A stretch of 64,000 nucleotides of DNA, taken from positions 32,001 to 96,000 of the IMG/VR virus record IMGVR_UViG_3300014969_000016. One strand, given 5' to 3'. This DNA is from a virus. Lineage: Duplodnaviria > Caudoviricetes. The notes under the pieces are model-generated. The model searched no databases. It saw only the letters and a list, made by a program, of their open reading frames with translations, and was not told where the DNA came from. Shown piece after piece: positions 18,147 to 25,752 of the stretch. The stretch's first letter is position 1. The number at the start of each line of letters is the position of its first letter. The position numbers and the translations under genes were made by a program.

Positions 18147-18350
18147 ATGGACACAGCAAACATCAAGACCCAGTTGCAGCAGTTCGGCCAGGAACTCAAG
18201 ACCGAGATCCAGAGCGCCAACGTCGGTGAGGATGTCAAGCAGCAACTCGCCACCAAGATCGACCAGAAGCTGGACGAACTCGGCGCCCGCATCGGCGGCG
18301 ACCAGTCCCAGGGCCAGACGCAGTCGGCCGCTTCCCAGCCGGGAGTCTGA
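18147..18350 (+). CDS. Small Gln-rich helical protein
   Basis: 67 aa, divergent from the Thr-rich gene. Confidence 0.7.
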   Translation: MDTANIKTQLQQFGQELKTEIQSANVGEDVKQQLATKIDQKLDELGARIGGDQSQGQTQSAASQPGV

Positions 18351-18370
18351 CGGATCGCTCCGTCGCCGGG

Positions 18371-18535
18371 TCAGAGTTGACGCTCGGTCCCCGGCGACGG
18401 AGTTTCTGGCAGGGGCACGACCTCTGCCTTCTTGTGCTTCTTCTTCAAGTGAGCTTCAAGTAGGGCTACGCCATCGTTGTCGGCGGGAACGGTGTAGCCG
18501 CACGTGGTGCAGACGAACTCGTAGCCCTTGGTCAT
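18371..18535 (-). CDS. 54-aa C2H2 zinc-finger microprotein
   Basis: MTKGYEFVCTTCG...LEAHLKKKHKK; ATG shares its A with the tRNA CCA; not in the ORF track. Confidence 0.6.
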   Translation of the reverse strand: MTKGYEFVCTTCGYTVPADNDGVALLEAHLKKKHKKAEVVPLPETPSPGTERQL

Positions 18536-18608
18536 GGAGCGGGCGACGGGAATCGAACCCGTGTTTCGACCTTGGCAAGGTCGTGTACTACCTCTGTACG
18601 ACGCCCGC
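18535..18608 (-). tRNA. tRNA-Gly(GCC) with encoded CCA
   Basis: GCGGGCG TC GTAC AGAGGTA GTAC A CGACC TTGCCAA GGTCG AAAC ACGGG TTCGATT CCCGT CGCCCGC T CCA; all four stems pair. Confidence 0.96.
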
Positions 18609-18976
18609 TAGCGCCCCGAGGCTCCCTTCTTGAACGCCTTCGTGGCCGTCTTGTTGGTGATCACCCTGGGATTGCGCACTACCGGCTTGGCTGCCGTCTT
18701 CTTGGCTGCCCGCTTGATCGGACGCTTCTTCACCGGCTGCAGGTTGGCCCGGTAGACGAGGGCCGACACCTGGGCCAACTGTTGTCTCAACATCTCGTTC
18801 TGCACGCGCAGATCGTTGACGAACTTGAGACGCTCGTAGAAGTGGGGGCTGGTCAGGACGGTGAGGATCACCCGTCCTGCTGTGTCAACGACGACGGCCT
18901 TGTGCGCTTCCGGGACACCGTGGAAGTCAACGATCTCTCGGATCATCCCCAGTAGTTCGTCACCGTCCGTCGTCAT
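18608..18976 (-). CDS. Hypothetical protein with a Lys/Ala-rich tail
   Basis: 122 aa. Confidence 0.7.
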   Translation of the reverse strand: MTTDGDELLGMIREIVDFHGVPEAHKAVVVDTAGRVILTVLTSPHFYERLKFVNDLRVQNEMLRQQLAQVSALVYRANLQPVKKRPIKRAAKKTAAKPVVRNPRVITNKTATKAFKKGASGR

Positions 18977-18979
18977 CGG

Positions 18980-19180
18980 CTACTCCAGGTCTACGGCATC
19001 CGGGCTGAACCACTGGCTGCCGGTACCACCCATCACCAGTGGGTCATCGAACTGTATCTTGACCGTGAGCCAGGGCTTGATCGGCCCTGGGTCTTGTAGC
19101 TGAGCGATGAAGCCCGGTAGCACCTTGTCGGCCACCGTCACCGTGACTCGGTCGCCTGGCTGGTAGAAGTGTTGTGTCAT
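18980..19180 (-). CDS. Small SH3/KOW-like hypothetical protein
   Basis: MTQHFYQPGDRVTV... Confidence 0.6.
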   Translation of the reverse strand: MTQHFYQPGDRVTVTVADKVLPGFIAQLQDPGPIKPWLTVKIQFDDPLVMGGTGSQWFSPDAVDLE

Positions 19181-19205
19181 GTAGCTAGTATACCTTATTG
19201 ATGTG

Positions 19206-19430
19206 TTATTCGGGCGGTTCGTCCAGGAACACAATCTGCGTCTTGCCGTCGTGCCCGTGTACATGCCTTACAGAGTCCATCCCCCTGTCGTAGTGGACGA
19301 CGGACGACGGCCACTGGCTCGTCCAGTGGAGCACGACGACGCCGTCGCTGAACTCAACTCCTTCGGCCACGGTACCAGTCCCTGATACCCCTGTTATGTC
19401 AACCGTCCGCTCCAGTATGAACCTTCTCAT
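19206..19430 (-). CDS. Conserved actinophage hypothetical protein
   Basis: F.LER..D.TGVSGTG.VAEGVEFSDG...HGHDG. Confidence 0.75.
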   Translation of the reverse strand: MRRFILERTVDITGVSGTGTVAEGVEFSDGVVVLHWTSQWPSSVVHYDRGMDSVRHVHGHDGKTQIVFLDEPPE

Positions 19431-19792
19431 TCCTCAACGTCTCCAACAACTGCCTCGTCTTCAACACCTTGGTAGGGATCGCCGCCTTCTGGTTCTTCGG
19501 TTCCGGCACCTTGGGCATCCTCTTCGGTGGCTTGTAGTTGGCTGTCCGTGGGTTGATCGACCTCGACATCTCTGAGCACCTCGGTGAGTGGGCGGGGACG
19601 GATATCCGGTGTCGTCGGTTCGATGCGGATCGTCCAGTGAGACAACGGGTGGTCCCGCCAGACGAAATCGATGTCACGGAAGACGACGCCACGGAACTGG
19701 TGGTTCTCTCGGAACATGGCCAGGTCATGGAGATCGTGCAGCACCTGCTGCAGTTCTTCCATCACCACTTGGTAGGACAGTGAACGACTCAT
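19427..19792 (-). CDS. Hypothetical protein
   Basis: 121 aa, ATGA coupling. Confidence 0.6.
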   Translation of the reverse strand: MSRSLSYQVVMEELQQVLHDLHDLAMFRENHQFRGVVFRDIDFVWRDHPLSHWTIRIEPTTPDIRPRPLTEVLRDVEVDQPTDSQLQATEEDAQGAGTEEPEGGDPYQGVEDEAVVGDVEE

Positions 19793-19810
19793 GGCCTGAG
19801 AGTACGTGGG

Positions 19811-20017
19811 TTACACCCAGTCGTCGGGGATCGGCGCTATGTCCCAGCGCCGTGCCTCGTCCTTGAAGACAGCCGCCATGCCCCGGAGCACTTCACGTTG
19901 GGTCATGCAGTCGGCCTGTGTTATGTCAATAGGAGCATTCCACTCCGGGGACACCTTGTCTGGCTCGTCGGGACGGCTGGCCAGGCGGCTCAGCAAGTCT
20001 TTGTTGTCAGCCATCAC
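19811..20017 (-). CDS. Hypothetical protein
   Basis: 68 aa. Confidence 0.55.
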   Translation of the reverse strand: MMADNKDLLSRLASRPDEPDKVSPEWNAPIDITQADCMTQREVLRGMAAVFKDEARRWDIAPIPDDWV

Positions 20018-20297
20018 GCTCCTTCAAGTGGCTCACGTCATACCCGGCTTCGGCCTCGTCGGCTAACGCCTGTATCTCGGCATCGGTGAGCACCTTGCCG
20101 GTCTTGGTGCGGTACGTCAGCTTCTCCAGAACCTGAGTCTGCTTGCCCATGATCTCGGCGTGCGTGTCCATCCGGAGTTGGGCATTCTCATGCCACTCGG
20201 TGTGCGTCTCCTGATCGATCTCGGCCACCAACGCAGCGCACACGCCGCAGCGGGTGAACAGCCACTTGTCCATGCGGTAGGCGTCGAAGTACCTCAT
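20007..20297 (-). CDS. Zn-finger protein with an antitoxin-like C-terminal segment
   Basis: CGVC...H...H plus GKVLTDAEIQALADEAEAGYDV; ATG at 20297. Confidence 0.6.
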   Translation of the reverse strand: MRYFDAYRMDKWLFTRCGVCAALVAEIDQETHTEWHENAQLRMDTHAEIMGKQTQVLEKLTYRTKTGKVLTDAEIQALADEAEAGYDVSHLKERDG

Positions 20298-20692
20298 TGG
20301 CCCATCTCGTCGTAGTCGGGGTGATCTGGTCCCCAGCGTCGGCCGAGGTAGGCGTCGCACTCGGCCTTCAACTCCATCACGTACTCGGCTTCTTCCCTGG
20401 AGCCGACCTCGAACTCGGTCACCTCCAAGATCGAGTTGAGGTACCCACGGCTCACCCGCTGATGGGTCGTGGCGGTGAACGATCCGCTCGACGCCGACGT
20501 GGTGAGCGTGTAGGCGGTGCGCTCGATGTGGTCGGCCAGCAGTTGGGCGATGAGGGCGATGTCAGCGACGAGGTCACCAGCCCACGGGGCCGTTTCCCAG
20601 GCCATCCGCGTCCGATCCTCCAACTCGCCCGCCTTGGCCCGGAGCAACCTGACGGCCCGCTCCGGGGTCAGCTTCTCATCGGGCGATGTCAT
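20294..20692 (-). CDS. Hypothetical protein
   Basis: 132 aa. Confidence 0.65.
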   Translation of the reverse strand: MTSPDEKLTPERAVRLLRAKAGELEDRTRMAWETAPWAGDLVADIALIAQLLADHIERTAYTLTTSASSGSFTATTHQRVSRGYLNSILEVTEFEVGSREEAEYVMELKAECDAYLGRRWGPDHPDYDEMGQ

Positions 20693-20918
20693 TGGCCCTC
20701 CTTCCGCACCACACGCAGTAGCGGTGCTCTGGCTTCATGCACTGGTCGTCTTCGATCTGGTGGCCGTAGTGGTTGCAGAAGATGGCGTTGACGGCCTCTT
20801 CGACCAGGCTGTGAATCCAGTCGTCGCTGCCGTCCTCGGGGTACCCGTATTCCTCATCGATCACCGTGTCGGTGAGGAAGTTCTGGACGGCTTTGGTCCA
20901 CTTCGGGCGTTCACTCAC
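20676..20918 (-). CDS. Cys/His-rich hypothetical protein
   Basis: C.HYGH....DQC.KPEH.YC..C. Confidence 0.65.
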   Translation of the reverse strand: MSERPKWTKAVQNFLTDTVIDEEYGYPEDGSDDWIHSLVEEAVNAIFCNHYGHQIEDDQCMKPEHRYCVWCGRRANDIAR

Positions 20919-21117
20919 TGTGGTTCGCCTTCCAGTCGAGTAGGACCAACACGGCCGACGCCAGTTCGTGGACCGAACAAGGATGGCGGGTGTAGTGACA
21001 GTAGGCGCAGCGGTCGTAGCCGTTGTCCTCCTGGTTGGCCGGGGTGTGGAGATCGCGCTCGCTCTCGGCGTACTGGCGCATCTCGTCGTCGGTGTACTCG
21101 GCGTTGTTGACGATCAT
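20911..21117 (-). CDS. Cys/His-rich hypothetical protein
   Basis: LH.P...C..CHYTRHPC. Confidence 0.6.
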   Translation of the reverse strand: MIVNNAEYTDDEMRQYAESERDLHTPANQEDNGYDRCAYCHYTRHPCSVHELASAVLVLLDWKANHSE

Positions 21118-21205
21118 CTCGTCATCACCTTGACCAGGACGCCCAGCCAGATGATCGCCGCGATCACCAGCACCGTCGCCACGGCGGCACGCACTGCTGG
21201 ATCGG

Positions 21206-21553
21206 TCATGCCCTCGCCCCTCGGTAACGAGCCGCCACCCGCTGCACGTCAGGGTGCTGAGCAAGGTCGTGCCCAATGATGTTCTCCCACCCGACAACCA
21301 TGCGGCTGAGCACGTCCATGAGATCGTCGGCCAGCGCCATCTCCTGAGCCAGCCGGGACGGCGGCTTGGGCGGCTTTGGTGGATGCTTCACCCAGTTGTC
21401 CTGCAACGGCCTTCCCATCGCCAGGAATGTGCGCCCCGTGTGCTCATGCACGGTGGTACCGCCATTGGCGGTGACACACAGTTCTCCCACTTCTGCCTCA
21501 CACCGGGGACACACGACGGTGAGGGGGTCAGAGAAGTTGGGATTGTTCCTCAT
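21206..21553 (-). CDS. Zinc-finger domain protein (leaderless)
   Basis: CPRC.A..GE.C......H..R; -10 TATAGT 6 nt before ATG. Confidence 0.7.
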   Translation of the reverse strand: MRNNPNFSDPLTVVCPRCEAEVGELCVTANGGTTVHEHTGRTFLAMGRPLQDNWVKHPPKPPKPPSRLAQEMALADDLMDVLSRMVVGWENIIGHDLAQHPDVQRVAARYRGARA

Positions 21554-21581
21554 GGAGCAACTATACCGTATCTTTGCAGTA

Positions 21582-21827
21582 TCACACTACCAGGGCGGCT
21601 TTTCCTGCCTCGTTGATCTTCCACACCCGGCATTCGCCCAGGGCGCCCTCCCAATGGACCTCCATGTCCACCAGGCGGCGCCTGACCAGGCTCTCCAGGG
21701 TCTTGCGGGTCAGGCTGGGGCTGCACCACACCCACTTGGCTTCGTACTGCCACGGCCCCTTGTCCTGGAGCATCTTCAACACCGTGCGCTGGTTGTTGCC
21801 CAGGCCCAGCAACGACCTGTGTGTCAT
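21582..21827 (-). CDS. Small winged-helix-like protein
   Basis: LGNNQRTVLKML...TLESLVRRRLV...WKINEAG. Confidence 0.55.
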   Translation of the reverse strand: MTHRSLLGLGNNQRTVLKMLQDKGPWQYEAKWVWCSPSLTRKTLESLVRRRLVDMEVHWEGALGECRVWKINEAGKAALVV

Positions 21828-21973
21828 GTCGGTTCTTCGGGTATGACGGTGCGATGCATGCGCTCTGGATCTTCCTGTTGCTGTTGGCGTTGGTGGTGCT
21901 CGCCGTGGGATCGGCGCTGACCGGTAGGTGGCTGATCCAGCATGCCGTCGAACCGTACAAGGATCCGAACGCG

Positions 21974-22120
21974 CTAGTCGTCGCTGTAGTCCTCCGGGTC
22001 TGACTTGCCGCCCTGCTCCAGCCACGACCCGATGCCAAAGGCAAGTATCAGAAGTATCAGCATGAGGCCCGCCGTGGCTAGGAAGTCCACCCACGGGTTC
22101 ATCACGATGAAGTCTGGCAT
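21974..22120 (-). CDS. Single-TM microprotein
   Basis: Hydrophobic stretch, GGAGG RBS. Confidence 0.55.
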   Translation of the reverse strand: MPDFIVMNPWVDFLATAGLMLILLILAFGIGSWLEQGGKSDPEDYSDD

Positions 22121-22247
22121 CACCCCTCCCCCTATCGGTTGCTCTTCCAGACCGACCAGACGCACACCCCCAGCAGGATGACGGCCAGCACATTGAAGGC
22201 GGCGGCAAGGAGGGTCTTGGAGTTGTCGCTCACCCGCCGAGTATCTC

Positions 22248-22754
22248 TCACCGGGTGATGGCGCGCATCGCCCTTCCGGCCGTGACCGCCTGCTGCACGG
22301 TCTGCGTGCTGACGATGGAGTCGGCCCACACCAGATGGCACAGCCCCTTGCGGTCAGTGCCGATGAAGAACCGGCGCCCCGAGTTGAGCCAGGAGCGGGA
22401 GGTCTTGACCAGGCGGATCTGGTAATGCTTGATGGCGCCCCAGCGTGTGCGCACGTAGGCGATGTGGCCGGGGATCAGCTTGTCCTCGGCCGGGTCGGCC
22501 ACCTTGGGCCACTGCTCGCGCTGGGCACGGGCCTCCACGATGACGGCCTTGGCCCTGGCCCGCTCGGTAGTTGGGCGGGGCGCCGGTCGCTGACGAGATT
22601 GTTGCGGTCGCGTCTTGGGGATCAGCTTGGTCCGGGGCATCTCTTCGGTCAGCAGCCCGTGGATCATCGTCTCGTCCTCTTCCGTCAGTACGAAAGGACG
22701 AGCGACCACCCGCTCGTAGTAGCTGTTCCCCACCAGGGGGTCGCCAGGGATCAC
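22248..22754 (-). CDS. Hypothetical protein
   Basis: GTGA-coupled start at 22754. Confidence 0.6.
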   Translation of the reverse strand: MIPGDPLVGNSYYERVVARPFVLTEEDETMIHGLLTEEMPRTKLIPKTRPQQSRQRPAPRPTTERARAKAVIVEARAQREQWPKVADPAEDKLIPGHIAYVRTRWGAIKHYQIRLVKTSRSWLNSGRRFFIGTDRKGLCHLVWADSIVSTQTVQQAVTAGRAMRAITR

Positions 22755-23173
22755 GCCGTCATCTCCAGGTCGGGCAGTTGCATCAGCACCCGGCGATGCA
22801 GCGGCGTCGAGATCGCCGCAGGCACGTGCGGCCAGTGACGGCTGATGACCAGCAGCGGATCCTTGGTCCCCCACTTGGCCAGGCCGTAGCGCACCAGCCG
22901 GTGGCAAGCCGCCAGCATGTCCTCGACGGTGATGCCCATCTGACCGGCCCAGCGCTCGGCGTCGAACGTGATCTTGTGGTCGGTGGTCAACAGCAGGTCG
23001 ATCTTGCGGGCCAGCAGGATCGCTGCCGGTCCCAGGTAGGGCAGCCATTCCTTCTCGACGTACTCGGAGCGGATCCGCTCGGTGTCGGGGCCGGGGCTGT
23101 CGTCGTCCTCGGTGGTCACCATGAACTTCTTCGGCGTACGCGGCTCCACCAGGTCAAGGGTGTCCAGGGTCAT
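22751..23173 (-). CDS. Winged-helix DNA-binding protein (WLP.LGP motif)
   Basis: YVEKEWLPYLGPAAILLAR...WAGQMGI...ACHRLVRYGLA; AAGGAG RBS. Confidence 0.65.
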   Translation of the reverse strand: MTLDTLDLVEPRTPKKFMVTTEDDDSPGPDTERIRSEYVEKEWLPYLGPAAILLARKIDLLLTTDHKITFDAERWAGQMGITVEDMLAACHRLVRYGLAKWGTKDPLLVISRHWPHVPAAISTPLHRRVLMQLPDLEMTA

Positions 23174-23352
23174 GACGCTCCTTCCATGCATTGGGGGCTG
23201 TACGGTATCACAACGTCCCTTAGCGACAAAGGCTTCACCAGGAGACGGCCACGAACCACCACACCAGCGCCGTGGCGATGACCAGGCAGATGATGGCGCA
23301 GATCACCGCCACCACCGTGATGCAGCCATCGAACACCGACACAGCCTTCACT

Positions 23353-24006
23353 TTAGGGGGCCGTGTAGTAGCCATAGACCATCCTCCATCCCCGGCCGTC
23401 GTCGGTGCTGACATGCCGGGAGACGCTGGTGTCCCAGGTGTCGTACAACACGCCATCCACCATGGCGGTGTAGGCCTTGCTGATCTTCAACACCAACGAG
23501 CCGCCCGGTAACTCATCCGGACGGACATGGACCGTCTCCACCTGGCCGATACCGGCCGTCGCCGTCCACACGAACCCCTTCGACTCGGCGTAGGCCGATA
23601 CCACATCGTTGTGGGGCATGTGATCGGGCTTGCAGTGACGCGTCCCGTCCCGATACAGACGTTTGAGAGCGTTCGACTTACCAGCAAGCGCCCAGTCCCG
23701 TATCGCATCGCAGATCTCACGGTATGTCTGGTGATACTCGGCGCCCGTTGGGTGCGGCCCGTACTGCGCTATCGCGAAGCTGCGCACCACACAGGTGCCG
23801 TGGAACTCGGTCACCCGTGTGTCACCGGACTCCCGTCGCCCGCCGTCACTCACCACGAAGAAGTCTTCGGGCACCGGGACGAACTTGTAGGCCTTGCCCG
23901 TCCCTTCGTGGAGCCGGTAGCCGTAGCCCTCCAGGATCTCCCGTTGGCGCCTCGCCAACTCTTCGGCTTCACGCTGGGCATCGAACCCAGCCATCTTGAC
24001 GTTCAT
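23353..24006 (-). CDS. Papain/C39-like fold phage protein, apparently lacking the catalytic His
   Basis: DGGR...CVVRSFAIA...SKAYTAMVDGVLYDTWD...VYGY. Confidence 0.55.
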   Translation of the reverse strand: MNVKMAGFDAQREAEELARRQREILEGYGYRLHEGTGKAYKFVPVPEDFFVVSDGGRRESGDTRVTEFHGTCVVRSFAIAQYGPHPTGAEYHQTYREICDAIRDWALAGKSNALKRLYRDGTRHCKPDHMPHNDVVSAYAESKGFVWTATAGIGQVETVHVRPDELPGGSLVLKISKAYTAMVDGVLYDTWDTSVSRHVSTDDGRGWRMVYGYYTAP

Positions 24007-24230
24007 GACGCCAGTCTAGCACGCAAAGGTACGGAACCTTAACTATTCCTTCCAGATCAACAGCCAGCGGCCACGCACGTACTCGGGCTGCACCCACTTG
24101 ACGTGGAAGCTCACGGCAAAGCCCTCATCCCAGGGGGGCGGCTCCATCACCGTCTCCACGGGGAACGCCGCCTTACCACTCAGCGCCAGCACCACACCAT
24201 CGTGCGGCCCACCGAACCATTCGGCTTCGA

Positions 24231-24461
24231 TCACGGCTGGCACTCCAGTTCGTGGTTGGCCAGCCCGTTCTCGGTACGACACTGCTTGCCGCACCAAACA
24301 CAGGTCAGGGCCATTCGGCGCTCGGCGGCAACGATCTCTGCCTCACGGCGTTCGGCATACCCCGGCTTGGCCATGTCCCTGAGCATCTTCATGGGCGACT
24401 TGCGCGTCGCCTCAATCGCCGCCTCGCGCCGTACCCGCCGAACCTCGTCGTCCTCACTCAT
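24231..24461 (-). CDS. Zn-finger microprotein
   Basis: C-terminal CVWC...LANHELEC. Confidence 0.6.
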   Translation of the reverse strand: MSEDDEVRRVRREAAIEATRKSPMKMLRDMAKPGYAERREAEIVAAERRMALTCVWCGKQCRTENGLANHELECQP

Positions 24462-24705
24462 CAACACACTCCCACTTGTCGTGCTCGGCAAGCTCGGCCG
24501 GGGTAGAGAATGTCACATCACAGTACGGGCACGTCAACAGCCCCTCGTTCTCCAGCCACTGCAGGTAGAACCGGCGCTGGGCCTCACGCACCCCAGGCGA
24601 GTTGGCCAAACTCCCCGTTTGAGCGGCCTCCAACATGCTGCGCCACACATCAACGGCAACCTCTACAGAGTCTTCCTCGTCACCCTCACCCTCATCTTCC
24701 GCCAT
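24454..24705 (-). CDS. Zn-finger microprotein
   Basis: CPYC...LAEHDKWEC. Confidence 0.6.
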   Translation of the reverse strand: MAEDEGEGDEEDSVEVAVDVWRSMLEAAQTGSLANSPGVREAQRRFYLQWLENEGLLTCPYCDVTFSTPAELAEHDKWECVDE

Positions 24706-24714
24706 CCCGGCAAC

Positions 24715-25700
24715 GTACTAGCAACTTTGTCCCTTAGCGACATGAAGGGGATCAAGGGGATCTGAGTTACCGCGGCAGCGGTAGACCGGCCCCCGGAACT
24801 TCCCATACACCGGTTACAACAGGTAACAGCACTCCATACCACAGTTACGTACATCCAGCCAGTGCAAACTCTCAAACCACTCACAAACACTCCCAAACCG
24901 GCTGTTAAGCACTACGAGTTGACAGCACTACCCGAAAAGTGACGTTTCCGTTTGTATTTTCACCCTCAGCACGCTGGGGGTATGGTTTAGCCACTGTTGT
25001 CACAATGCGTATTCTAGCAACTCGCTGCACTACTCAGAGGGAGTTTAGGGCTTAAACCTACCCATGGGTGCTACAAAGCCCCTGGTGGGCCTTTGATCTT
25101 AATGTGGCGGGCGTAGCCCGCCATAGTATCAATTGGCCGCCGCTGTGCGGCGCCCATTTACTAGCAACTGCATGGCTGCGCAGCAGCCATACAGTCATGC
25201 GAGTTGCTAGTCCAATGGCCTTTAGGCCATTGGAGTTGACAGTATCGCACAGTTAGGCGGCCATGTCGCTATGCGACAATGAGCCATACAGGTGTATGTA
25301 CACGACATCGAGCATGCGATACGTGCATGCCGATAGGCATGACCGTAGGGTGAGCAGGCATTGCGGTACGTGCTCTAGTTACTAGCGCACGTGCTAGAGG
25401 GTGTGCGTTAGTACCTACCTGGTGCTATGGCATGCTCTAAGAGGTTGCTAGGGCCGCCGATTGGTGCGCCCCCTGGGGGCACTGATGGCACTGGTGACAC
25501 TGGTGAGCGTGACCAGGGCCGCGGTTGGGGCGCCCATACAGCGGTATGCGTGTGGACAGCTACGATGCCCTGAGACATGCCTGTGTGCCCGTAGAGCCAC
25601 GCAGTTGCTAGTAGGGTACGCTGATACCACAGGGGGCGTTTGCGTCGCTCTCAGAGGCGTACAGAGGCCTCTCAGGGAAACGCCCTGCTAGCAACCGGTG
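24715..25700. other. ~1 kb non-coding region with GTTGCTAG repeats and short hairpins (candidate genome end/origin)
   Basis: No credible ORF, lower GC than flanks, CTAG-rich, about 7 GTTGCTAG/CTAGCAAC copies, perfect hairpins. Confidence 0.65.
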
Positions 25701-25735
25701 AACGCAAACAGCCCCAGGGGGTTACCCTGGGGCTG
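25701..25735 (-). terminator. Terminator after the helicase gene
   Basis: CAGCCCCAGGG-N5-CCCTGGGGCTG TTTGCGTT; same family as 41180 and 42678. Confidence 0.8.
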
Positions 25736-25752
25736 CGTGAGGGGGGGATGGC

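Noticed and set aside
18535-18608. tRNA as a prophage attachment site
   Set aside because: Phage-like genes continue on both sides, and there is no integrase or duplicated tRNA 3' end in the window
24663-25691. Short ORFs in the non-coding block (and 31525..32125)
   Set aside because: Atypical codon pattern, no RBS or coupling, Cys/Arg-rich random-looking translations
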